A stretch of DNA of 41,074 nucleotides from the NCBI RefSeq assembly GCF_000181795.1, contig NW_003526943.1, positions 2,799,666 to 2,840,739 on the forward strand. The letters run 5' to 3'. The notes beneath the pieces are model-generated. The model worked only from the letters and a program-made list of their open reading frames with translations. It was not told the origin of the DNA and ran no database searches. The translations under genes were made by a program, and so were the position numbers. Each line of letters begins with the position of its first letter. Position 1 is the first letter of the stretch. The DNA is from Trichinella spiralis (lineage: Eukaryota). Shown here one piece after another: positions 1 through 11,403 of the stretch.

Positions 1-1158
1 CAGAAAAAGGTAGATATGTTTTTCCTTTTCTGTTCATTTATTCCGTAATTTTTTTTCACAAAATAAATGTGCTTGATTAGTTAATGGGAAGGGGGGCTGG
101 CTGTATTTTGTCCACGCGAGCTCTTCTCCTCTGATCAATCAGTGCCTTTATATTTAATGTTGCTAACTTTAAATGATGAAAAATTATCGATTTTCAATGT
201 AAATTTGAGAAAATTTGCAAAAAAGCGAAAATGATGCAGTTTATATTTTATATTAAAATTATAAATTATTTCCTTTATTTTAAATTAATTTTTTGGTGGT
301 TAATTTTTCTTCGGTTGTTTTTATGATATGTTTTTCTGAATACAGACAAATTCTATGACGTATTGTCTATTTGTCATGGCTGCAGTGATCATATGCAATA
401 TATATACGTATAACATATACCTGGGGTGTTGAAAAATATCTCTATTTACCAGAAAAGATTTGATGAAAAATTAGAATTTATCTTTTTCAGAATTTTCATA
501 TATTGCTGTATTTTGTTATGAATTGATTTTGAGCATTATTCTTATTAACGAATTTATCAACAAACGGAAATGCTTCATTATGGATTTTTCCAGTATGTAT
601 TTATCAATTTTAAGTTTGACGAAGAAAAACGTATAAAAATTCATTCTCGTCTGTGTGGAAAAAGAAATTAACGAAAAGGACAGCGAAGTAAGCAGCTGGA
701 GACAGACATCTTTGCTGATGTAGATGTTGTTGATTGAGGCAAATTTTTAAATTCATTCATCACAGTTGTTTCAATATATTCCATCAGTTTTGTCTTTTCT
801 GAATAGAAATAATTGTCTGTGACGAAACTGTTTGAAGATGGTGCTGAAAGCAGTGATTAATTGACAACAAGTTGAGAGAGTTGGTTCACAATAATCAGAA
901 ATACAATCTAACTAACTTCTTGAGTTATTATTCCTTGATTGCGGTTGTAGTGGAGAAAAATTATTTTAAATAATAGAAAAACACGTGTTATTTGTAAGCA
1001 AAAAAAGAAGAATTGAACCAAGCACAGTAGCACAGAAAACAGTAGTCAGACGAAGTGATTAAATGAAATGGAGGAGGGTTTCTGTGAAAGTTGAAAAATT
1101 AGCTTTAACTGAAAGAAAAATCCCATTTTTTCCATCATTGGAGAATGATTGGAGAGTG

Positions 1159-1159
<1 letters not shown>

Positions 1160-1191
<32 letters not shown>
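1160..1191. repeat. (TTG)n microsatellite, about 10 units, probably intronic
   Basis: Perfect TTG tandem run read directly from the sequence. Confidence 0.95.
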
Positions 1192-1775
1192 ATTCAGCGA
1201 ATCGAAGAGGAAATAGTAAGTAAGTTCAATTCAATTTGACCATCTTCTCAATGATCGTTGAAGCGCGCAATCAAGCTTCAACGCATTCACCATTTGCAGA
1301 CTTGAATGAACTAATCTATATTCGCGTGGAAAAATTGATCCACAATTTTCCAAATGCCATTCTGCATGTAAGCTTTATCAATCAACAAACAGCCGAGCGG
1401 CTATTTAACATCATACTCTACCTACTACGTACGTGCAGCATTTGTCAATAGATGTGAATGAAAATCATCATATCCAATCAAACAACCAGGGAATAGAGGG
1501 AGGAGAAGAAGGAAATTGCATTGTTTTTTCTTTTGAAATGTTTTTTTTGCAGTTTTAGATTTAGGAGTTGAAATTTCTAGAAATACAATCTCAGTAGAGT
1601 TCTGAAAAAAATTCCCTTTCATTCAAATGGAACTGATTTGTATACTTTTGTATTGGATAATAATATTTTAAAAAGTGAGAAGAAATTGGGAAAGAATTGG
1701 TGGTGCAGTGTTTATTTTATATTGGAAGAAATTGAATTCTTTCTTGTTCGAATGAAATAATTGTTGCTGTTGTAG

Positions 1776-3388
1776 ATTTAGACAAGGTGAAAGAAAATTT
1801 GGCTAGAAATTTGCAAAATGTGAAAATGGTAAAAAGTGGCTGTTTGGCACCGTCATCAACAGCACAAGCGATTCAACAACCGCAACAGTGCTTCACTACA
1901 GCTGATTATGACGAAAGGAATATCGACGAGGAGGTGGCAAGGGCGGAACGGCTTCATTCGTTGAGTGTTGAATGTTGCACCCCGTCGTTGTTGAACAGCC
2001 GACGTCTTTCGGCTGGCGTCGGTGATCCATTGGCAATTTCTGCCAGATCCTCGACTACAAATGAGTTGATTCAAGCGGCCGAAGATTACCGCAAAAGTCG
2101 CGAAGAGCAGATTTACACCGCTCGGCGGATATTCATTGCCGGCACGTCAGCTGTTGATTCAGTGCACAATTCCCCGCCGGTCGACAGCGTGGCCAAGATC
2201 GATGGTCTGGCACGCCATTGTCGTCATTTGAACGTGAATCCCAATTCTTTGGATGTGCTCAGTCCAGAGACTAGGGAAAAAATCAAACAATTTCAACGTG
2301 GTCATCCTCTTTGGTCTTCGTCGTCTGCTCGTAGCGGTAACAATATTTTGGCCTCCTTATCAACGACAGGGCCACAGTTTAGTAGTAATAATGATAATAG
2401 GAATGAGGTGAATTTACGACAACACAACGACGAATTGATTCCTTATTCTGAATCTGATGTGAGAAAAAAGAACATCGACGATATGTTGATGAGTCGTTCT
2501 TGTCAAGCAAGATTGGCTTATTCAACTAATTCACCAAAAATAAATACACCTGGTGCTACTGTTATTGCTACTACTGACCGTGCCTTTAGCAACAGCAACA
2601 GCAACAGCAACAACAACAACAACAACAGTAAAACTTACCAACATGGTGCTTCCACCTTGGCCAAGGAAAGTTACCCAGCCACCAGTTTCATATGTGCTTC
2701 TTCGATTTCGTCTAGCGGGATGCACGATCAGTCAAGGTTGGTTGAATCGAATCTTTCCAAGCCGATTTCTTCCCCTGCTGCCGATTCTTCATCTTCATCG
2801 TCGGCATTTTTACGAAGACACGTAATCATGCGTCGTCCTGCTCAACTGGAATCAGCTGCAACGAATAGGGAACAGAATAAAAATGTCAAAAATTTACCAA
2901 CCTCTCCTTCCACTGCTATTATTAATAATACTACCACTACTCCATCTTCTTCGTCTTGTTCTTCTCGTTCGACAATCCTGCGTAACTATGGCCAAAGTAG
3001 TTTCGATTCAGCAATGCCAGCTAAATTTTCCCATTTGCTCAAATTGAACAATCGCAAATCATCGTCTCCGCAGGCAGGTGGCGGCAAGAGGCGTGATGCA
3101 CGACGGCACACGTTGGGCAACGTCGACTGTGGTGGTATTGTAGGCGTGAAATTATCATCTGCACCGTCGACCATAACGGCGCCCACGCGATGGTCGATCG
3201 AAGCAGTCACCGGGGCGCAGGGTGGCGTTGGAGCTGGTATGATGGCGTCGGTCGAGTCCAAAGCTAGACAAGATGATGACCACGCCTTGAAGCAGCGTTG
3301 CCTGAAACGACGGTCTGTGCGTCGCAGCAATCCCAACCTGTCCTCCCCGCCGTTGAACTTCGACCCGGCTTTGCAAGTCCACTCTTAG
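1776..3388 (+). CDS. Terminal coding exon of a gene starting upstream; Ser/Asn/Thr-rich disordered C-terminus, possibly an ARHGAP21/23 (PAC-1)-like RhoGAP tail
   Basis: Acceptor ttgtag at 1770-1775 leads into the 533-codon open frame, which is more GC-rich than its flanks and ends at TAG 3386-3388. The ORF-track start is GTG, so it is not a true initiator. It contains RRHTLG, recalled from ARHGAP21 C-termini; the family call is weak. Confidence 0.75.
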
Positions 3389-5061
3389 CTATTATTATTA
3401 TTATTAATATTACATTTAGCAGCTTTTCTCGATTTTTTTGTTGTTATTCTTTTCTTTTTGTTCTCTGTTCTCTGTTGTTCGCTTTTCACAACGCGACAGC
3501 TTTCTGAAAGCTAATAATTTCTTTTTTTTTTCTTTTGTACTTGCTTGGAAAAAGTAATGACAAAGAAAGAACGAAAAAGAAAAAAGCAAAAGAAAGCTAA
3601 CTCACCGAATACCACCAACTGACAACAGGCAAACAAGCATTCGACAAATCAACTTCGTTTTGTTGCCTGCGTTGGTTGTGTTGTGGCCGCCAAAGAAAAA
3701 AAAAGTACAAATTCTTCTTCACTTTCTCTTACTTCTTCTCTCTTACTTGCCGGCGATTGATTCGATGTGATTATTAAAAAAACACTTACCTAATAATCAA
3801 GTGTTTCGTTGTATTATTCCAACGTCCAGAAACAAATTCAGGTGAGAAGACAATTACATGTAAATTCAGTTGTAAATTATTTGATGGCTCTAACGAAACT
3901 TCGTTTTGAAAGTGTTGTGGACTTAATTAATTAAATTAATTATGTTAATTTTTGCATGTTTTCTTATTAATTACTAATACTGTAAATTTGATTTTCAAGT
4001 ATTTTTTATGCCCATATTTTCCACCTGTACAACCGTATCTTTACTGCTTTATGTGACAGTAATAACAGATATGACAACAGCAGATAAAGTGGTTGGTGTG
4101 CAACGTTTTAAAATGTACATTCAAAAGATCTCACCAGTCAAAAAATAAAATTATCCCATTAATATTCCTTTGAATCAAATTGCCATTTAACACTGTCTAT
4201 TTGATCACATGTTTTGTTACAGTAATCGCATTACTAACTAGTGAATATGCATGCGCACATCCGTGACAGACAAATTGCACTTTATGATTTGAGCGTACAA
4301 AAATTTTGATAAATTTCATTTTATTGTTATGCTTTGAAAACCACTTTTTTATTAAAAAGTTGAATTACTTTTTCAAGCACTGACTGCTCATATGTTACCG
4401 TGAAGAAAAATGTAAGACTGTACAATCTAAAGTGTCAAGTTAAATTGTCATGAATAGGTGATAGATTGATATATAAACATTTTTAAAAGCAATGCTGAAA
4501 TCTTTGTAATTTAAAATTTTATTTTAAAAGATTATAAATTAATATTTATAATTTTTATCAAAGTAATTTTTAATTAACTAATTCTTATCAAAATAATAAA
4601 GATATATAGTTAGACAGAAAAATTTTTTAATAACATAAATTTATAATTTTACGTATAAAAATTATACTATAGTATCTATTTTTACATTATTTTTTTATTT
4701 ATAAAAGATTTTTACTTATTTGTAAAAGAAGATCAGGTTCGCGAATTAACAATTTTTCCTACTGACTGTTTTTTACAGTTAACGTGTATGGTTAGTTATC
4801 AGCGGACATTGTTGCTTGCGCCCTTGGTAAGTGGTTCTGTTTCTTCGTTATGGCTCTGAATGCTGTTATTTTTTAATATTTTGTTATATTTTAAAAATAA
4901 TTTTATGTTTTATACTTTGATTCCTTATTTATTGTCTCTTTCCTCTTACAGGTTGATTAATAATATGCGCTCCTTTCACTAATATATCTTTTATGAATTC
5001 CTTTTTTTAGACTGAAAATCCTTAGAAATTACATACTTTGTGTCTTAATTGTGTAATTTCA

Positions 5062-5727
5062 ATGTCAGAAATGAAAATTATAAAAATGAACAATTTCCAT
5101 TCGAGAGATACTGTTGGTCTTCGAGGAAATTTCAGAAATGTGAAAAATGAAAGAAATGGCATAACAAGAAAGAATGAAATCGGTATTATTAATAAAAGTT
5201 TGAAACATTGTGATGAGCAATGTGGTAGGGAACCTTTTGGAATATCTGGACGTAGAATAAATCGAAGATATGACTGTCAACGTGATGGTGATATATACCA
5301 TCATCAGACTAAAAGGAATGTTGGATCAGTGAAATACTTGAATATGATCCAAGAACAGAACACATCACAGAGTCCAACAAAAGAGCGAGTATGGAAACGC
5401 AGGATTCTTTATCTTCCAAAGCTACCGAAGCATGTTAGAGAAGAAGATATCCAACATGTTTTTTCTAAATACGGTGCCGTGTTGCAGTGCAAAATTCTCG
5501 AAGATGTTGATAATTGTTCTTCACTTGTGAAGATGAAAAATGCCAGAGAGGCTTTTCTTGCACAACGAAGCTTGAACGGATCAAGTCCAATTCATAGTTT
5601 ACGAGATGGCATAAATGTGGTTTTCGCAAACAGAACGGTTATTAATAAATTCAAAGAAAACAACTTTGCCGTAAGTACTACTACAGTGGTATGTAAAGAA
5701 TTTACAGCTAATATTATACCTATGCAT

Positions 5728-5799
<72 letters not shown>

Positions 5800-6342
5800 C
5801 ATAAATTTATATTTATAATAAATGCTTTAAAGAATCATTTTCAATTTTAGACTAGAGTTAAAGCAAGCAAAACTGACTCATCAAATTCATCTGAGGTGCC
5901 ACTGTCTAGTGAAGAAATTTCAGACATTACTGAAATCAAAAATGATGAGTTTGTGGGTTATTTTGGAACATGTGACTTCACAGAAGAAAAAGATCGCCAA
6001 GAAATTAAAGATAATACATCTGAAAATGAAAATCGTACGACTACTTTTACCAGAATTGACGGCCCGATGGATTCTTACAATTTTTCTGTTATTAATGTTC
6101 CAGCCCATTTAAATGACTCACAGTTTCTGGAGTTTTGTAAGTCTTATGGAACAGTAGATTATGCAATTTTGGCGAGCAGAAAATATCCACCTGCGCTGTG
6201 TGGTTGTGTGAGTTTTACAAATATGAATGAGACTTCAAAAACTGCTTTTTTGAAACTGAATGGAACCAAGTTTTATGGAAAACGGTTGAAAGTGTTTCAA
6301 AGTACATGTCTTGCAAATTTGGTAACAAATAATGCAGACTAA
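5062..6342 (+). CDS. Two-RRM putative RNA-binding protein, divergent ELAV/CELF-like; 2 coding exons, about 370 aa
   Basis: Exon 1 is 5062-5688 (or 5670), exon 2 is 5851-6342, joined by a phase-0 intron ending ttttag. RRM-like segments: ILYLPKLPKHVREEDIQHVFSKYGAV...LNG...INVVFAN and FSVINVPAHLNDSQFLEFCKSYGTV...LNGTKFYGKRLKV. Confidence 0.8.
5737..5797. repeat. (TA)n microsatellite, about 30 units, in the RRM gene intron
   Basis: Perfect TA run; it explains the YIYIYI artefact in the ORF track. Confidence 0.97.
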
Positions 6343-6514
6343 CTTGACTGAAACTTTCTTTATATTTATATAAATGTATTACATGCTCATTACCCTCATA
6401 CAGGTAATACAACTGTCCATAATTTGATAATCAGGAATTGATGCACGTGAAGATATGAAATCAATGAAATTTAAAATTTTATCATTAGGAAATTGTTTTT
6501 TCAAAAGTTTTATA

Positions 6515-6632
6515 TGTATTAGTGTATTAGTGTATTAGTATTTTTATTACTAGTATGTATTAGTGTTTATTATGATTATTATTATTACTACTACAACTAG
6601 TAGTAGTAGTAACAGCAGTGGTGGTGGTGGCA
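6515..6632. repeat. Compound low-complexity tract (TGTATTAG repeats followed by TTA/CTA/TAG/CAG/TGG triplets)
   Basis: Read directly from the sequence, downstream of the RRM gene. Confidence 0.7.
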
Positions 6633-7645
6633 GTATATACACTTATTTTTTTCATGCTGGAACGACTGTTTCTCAACACTCAAACTGGGTTCAATAGTAA
6701 TTGTTATTAAGTGCTGTTTTGCTCATTCATTAATGTTTTTATTCTGTTATCTCCTTCATTGGAGTGATGTTCTGTTGTTCCCACCTGGCTATTACATTTT
6801 TCTTACTTCTATTCAAAAGATTGAAAATACTTTACTTTAAAATAAATAAAAATATCTTGTTTCTCAAAATTAAATTTTTTGGATATTTATTTAATAGTTC
6901 TTCTTTAAGACAAAGATACAAATAATGAATAATTAACTTGTACGGTAGACATTTATCGTGTAAGCACTAATAATTTTAAAGCTCGTTTCCACAACGAAAT
7001 GATATTTCCACCGCTCTCTACACTCGGTGGTAATATTTGATTTGAAATTTTTATAACACTTAAAATAATGTTTTCTTTAAAAATATTAAAATACAGAAAA
7101 AATAATTGATATATTTTTCGTTATATATATATACTCATTTATTTAAATTTTAATACTGAACTTTCAAAGTTATATTATTTTGCTTTAACTCGAAATTCGA
7201 TGCAATTAGCAATAGATGCAGAAAATAACCAATAAAATTTTTTCACCAATCAAAAAGAACTAGCAGAAATAGTTTCCTCTACTATTTAAAACATCAAACA
7301 ATGAAAAAATGCTTCCTAATTTCTCAACTGTAAAATTGTAAAAGACTTTAATTCACATATGAGTCCATTTTATTATTAAATTTTTCTTACTAAATAAAAC
7401 AACCCTACAATAAATGGGGGTAAAAGCAGCTGGTATTCATAAATGCTACTAAACGGTAAAATCATTTTAATGCAAACATTAATGAAGTTATCACCACATC
7501 CCAAGGTCGAATGTTTAACACTTTTATTTCACTTAAGAAGATTATTTGGCATGTTAGTTCGTTCAACCGACAATTTTTTCCAAAATTAATACAGTCATGC
7601 ATTTCAGGCTCACTTAATTATGTAAAAAATTAGAAAATTTCCAAC

Positions 7646-7717
7646 GGTCCCATGGTGTAACGGCTAGCACTCTGGACTCTGAATCCAGCAATCCGAGTTC
7701 GAATCTCGGTGGGACCT
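7646..7717 (+). tRNA. tRNA-Gln (anticodon CTG)
   Basis: 72 nt. Acceptor stem GGTCCCA/TGGGACC, A-box TGGTGTAACGG, anticodon arm CTGGA-CT-CTG-AA-TCCAG, T arm CCGAG-TTCGAAT-CTCGG. A T-run lies at 7765-7770. Confidence 0.98.
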
Positions 7718-7953
7718 ATCTTACTTATCAAGAAAAAACATTTCCAGCTGACTCATAAAAATGCTTTTTTCAGTGTCAAAAATAATTTAACTATTATCTC
7801 CTATATTCAAACTATTTAATATTAAAATTCTATCATCATTGGGGATAAAAATTTCAACAAAGTAAATGCCAAATTTATTTATTCAGCTGAAACTGAAATT
7901 TATCACACAATTGCATAGCTATTCCAAAAGCGCCATTTTACATATAAATATGT

Positions 7954-8860
7954 TTACTTTGTAATTTTTCTTCTACGTTTCCCTCTTACTCTTTTCCAGT
8001 TATTCTTAGGATACTTATCCTGCTGTTCAACGACTGAAGTGGCAGGTTTCTCAAATTTTGTAACTGCCTGAAATTCATCAACAGCGTTGTAAAAGTCACA
8101 TTCCGATTTGTCACTCTCTTCCAACTGTTCGCTGGAAAGCAATATGTATACTGTGGGAACGTCTCGTTTCACGTTTACACTAAATGTGATGCATTTTCAA
8201 CAAGACCATCGTTTTGAATAATTATTCAAATTTATACCTGTTCGACAATAATTGCAAATTTTCTTCCAGACTAAAATGGACATTTTTTAGTAATGAATAC
8301 TAAAATAGAAAAATCAATCCTCTACCGTCTGAAGCATAGTTTTGTTCGTTGGCTAAGCGTTTGATGCACGAAATCAGGATTTTCGAAATATTTCTTCTTA
8401 ATAACTTCTGCACAGCAGATGGCTCGTGAGCAGCCTTTCTCGTAGCCATATAAAACAACTTTATTCTTCTGCGAAAGCTGCAAAATTTATAACATAATCA
8501 AGCTTGACAGTGTAAACAGTTAATAAGCAACGCGTAAACAAAACCTATACGACATCTAAACATGAGATCCCAAAATTCATGCAACATGCAATTTGATTTT
8601 TAATCTTAACTGCTAACCAGAAATGAAATTTGTATTAATAATTAATATCTGAAAATACTTCTGTTTACTTTTATTAAAATTACAGTAAGTTTACCATGAA
8701 ACTGGACATTTTTTATTTTTACCTGAAGAAAAGATACGGCAGTACAAGCTGGGCGTTGTACACGGCATTTTTTATTCAAGTGAATTACCTTAACATCTTC
8801 AGAGTTGATATTTTGAAATGGTAATTGCTTTTCAAAAGCGTTTAATTCAACTTCTGCCAT
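7954..8860 (-). CDS. Alba-domain protein, RNase P/MRP subunit p25-like (RPP25/RPP25L); 4 exons, about 182 aa
   Basis: Exons 8860-8723, 8477-8326, 8270-8238 and 8179-7954 are phase-consistent. Motifs KVVLYGYEKGCSRAICCAEVIKKK, QRTKLCFR and VKRDVPTVYILLSSEQL match the Rpp25/Alba pattern; basic C-terminal tail. Confidence 0.8.
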
Positions 8861-9730
8861 AATGAACAGGCAAAAGATGCGATCTCATTGATATCTAAAT
8901 ATGAAACGTATTGTTGAAAATTAATGTATAAATTTTCACGAATAATTTTTATAAACAAATGTTTTTCTGTAATTTTTATTATTAATTCACAGTAATAAAA
9001 TGCAGTGATGTAAAAGATTACTGTCGTCTAATGCATAACTGATTGATTCAGTTGAGTTTCATCACTTTTCAGAGCGACGAGTTACAGCTGTATGCGTCAT
9101 ATGTAGAAATTGAATTATTTAGACAAATTTTATTAAAGATGAAATTACTGTATTTTGATTTTCAAGTAAATTTGTTACTGTAATTTTTGTAGAGAAGAAA
9201 TTATTTTTGTGAAGTTAAATAGTTGTACTGTTGATATTTGTTATGCAAGTATTTTACTTTTGCTTTGAAATTTTTTTTATTTTTGTTTATCATAATGATA
9301 TAAAATTTATATATTTAGTAACTGGTAATGGTTTCATATTTTCATCTGTTAATTTATTTTGCGCTAGTATATATGAGTATTTTTTCATTTATAAAAATTT
9401 TAATTTAACTATTTAACCTTTTCTTTGTTATTACTATATGTTGACTTTTTTATAATTATAAAAGTAGAAGTTATTTTAGTTGGAAGCTTTAATTGTAGTT
9501 TAAACAGTTAGTTACTGATATTGATGTTTGTTTGAAATTATTTTTAAATAGTTAGGTTTGGATTTATATTTTGTTGTGTTTGAATCTTTTTGTGAAGATT
9601 TATTATGGAACTGATTAAGAATTATTTGTCATTATATTTTTAGATTCATAGAAAACCAATGTGCGTATGTTTTGTATTTGTTAAATTGTACACAGTAGTG
9701 TAAAGAATCTGAAAGGAAGGTATAAATGAT

Positions 9731-11369
9731 ATGGTACTTTTGTTTTCAAGAGTCTTATCTCCCGTGAAGGTAATCTTGTGAATAAAGCAAGTCAGTATAT
9801 TATTTATTCTGTTCTTTAGTTGAAAGGTGGTGGAACATTGCTCAGAGATCACCTACGTATTTATGTCCGTGGTGGAAGTGGTGGTAAAGGCTTGGAAAAG
9901 TACGGTGCTATTGGTGGGGACGGTGGTGATGTTTATTTAGAAGTGAATGAAAGTGCTACTCTGCATGCTCTTGCTAAAAGTAATCCTTCCAAACGATTTA
10001 TTGCTGGAAAAGGCAGCGACAGCGGGTAAAACCCAATTTTATACTTTTGTCAAGAATATCATTTTTTATTCTACAGAAAGTTTCGCATTTTTGGCGAGAA
10101 AGGTCAGGATCTGGTCATTTCTGTTCCAAAAGGAATTTCTGTAACAACTGACGATGGGAAATTATTGGGTATTTTTTAGCTAACAAACTACTTTTGCAAA
10201 TGCATTTTTTGCTTTTTAAGGAAATCTGGATCATCACGGTGATCGGATGCTTGTAGCTATAGGAGGTGAAGGTGGATCATCAAAGTCCTCTTATGGTGGC
10301 TTAAAAGGAGAACCTCATATTATTCGTCTGGATTTGAAGCTCATTGCTGACATTGGTCTGTTAGGGTGAGTTCAACGAATCTTAACAGCTAACATATTTT
10401 TGGCAGTATTTTGTTTGTTCATGTTGAATTCATATTTAAATGATCAGTGGAAATTATTATCAGAAAAATTTAATAGTTGAATCCAATTTATCATGAAAAT
10501 CAGAGTTTACATCATAATATTTTATATTTTACAGATTTCCAAATGCCGGAAAGTCTACTCTTTTGAAAGCTTTGTCAAGAGCGAAACCACGTATTGCTAA
10601 CTATCCTTGTACGTTAATATTTAGATTAGGAATTTTCGTTTTTTTGATGTTTTCACTTTAGTCACTACAGTTCGCCCGCAACTTGGCATGATGGAGTATG
10701 AAGATGGACGGCAGGTTGAATTCAGTAGCTTGCTTGTTACTTCAATTAATTAATAAATTGATTTTAGATTTCCGTTGCAGATTTACCCGGTTTGATAGAA
10801 GGTTCTTACATGAACGTTGGAATGGGCCATAAATTTTTGAAGCACGTTGAAAGAACTTATTTATTACTGTTTGTAATCGACATTCGAGGGTTTCAGTTGA
10901 ACGCGGCATCTCCATTCAGGTCCGCGTTGGAAAATTATTTACTTCTTAACAAGGTTTACTTGTTTGCATATTAATTTTGTTGTGTTTTGTTTTTCATTTT
11001 GATCTGATCAGTGTATTTCAATAGGAAATTGAATTGTACAATCCTCAGCTTGTAGACAAGCCGTCTGTAATATGCTTGAACAAAATGGATGTCAAGGGTG
11101 CTGATGAGAGGTCGGCCAAGTTTTTGTCTGATTTAGAGCACATTGCAGAAGTGAAAAAACAATTGCCAGAAGAAATCATTCCCAAAAATATATCCAAGCC
11201 GATTGATATTGTAAAAATATCCGCTAAATTGCAACAGAACACGGATATTTTGAAAAATGTTTTGCGATCTGCTATTGATGAAATCGACGATAAGCGTCGA
11301 GAACGCATATCGATGGAATCGTTGGAAAAAGAATCACAGCTGCTCGAATCTGATGATTATATTTATTAA
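9731..11369 (+). CDS. GTPBP10: Obg-family mitochondrial GTPase GTPBP10 (ObgH2); 8 exons
   Basis: Exons 9731-9769, 9820-10025, 10077-10168, 10221-10365, 10535-10608, 10662-10714, 10768-10953 and 11025-11369. Gly-rich Obg fold [35 protein letters not shown] (G1), YPFTT (G2), DLPG (G3), NKMD (G4), ISAK (G5). Confidence 0.92.
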
Positions 11370-11403
11370 AATTTTGTTTCAATCTGAAGGCATTGTGGTA
11401 CAT

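Noticed and set aside
340..700. Possible small plus-strand exons at 346-406, 491-592 and 615 onward
   Set aside because: Phases could not be joined without stops, and no recognisable product emerged.
1856..3507. Several overlapping or antisense ORFs (for example 2553-2825 and 2986-3336)
   Set aside because: Shadow frames of the GC-rich, triplet-repeat-containing terminal exon.
5599..5850. YIYIYI dipeptide-repeat proteins on both strands
   Set aside because: Translation of an intronic (TA)n microsatellite.
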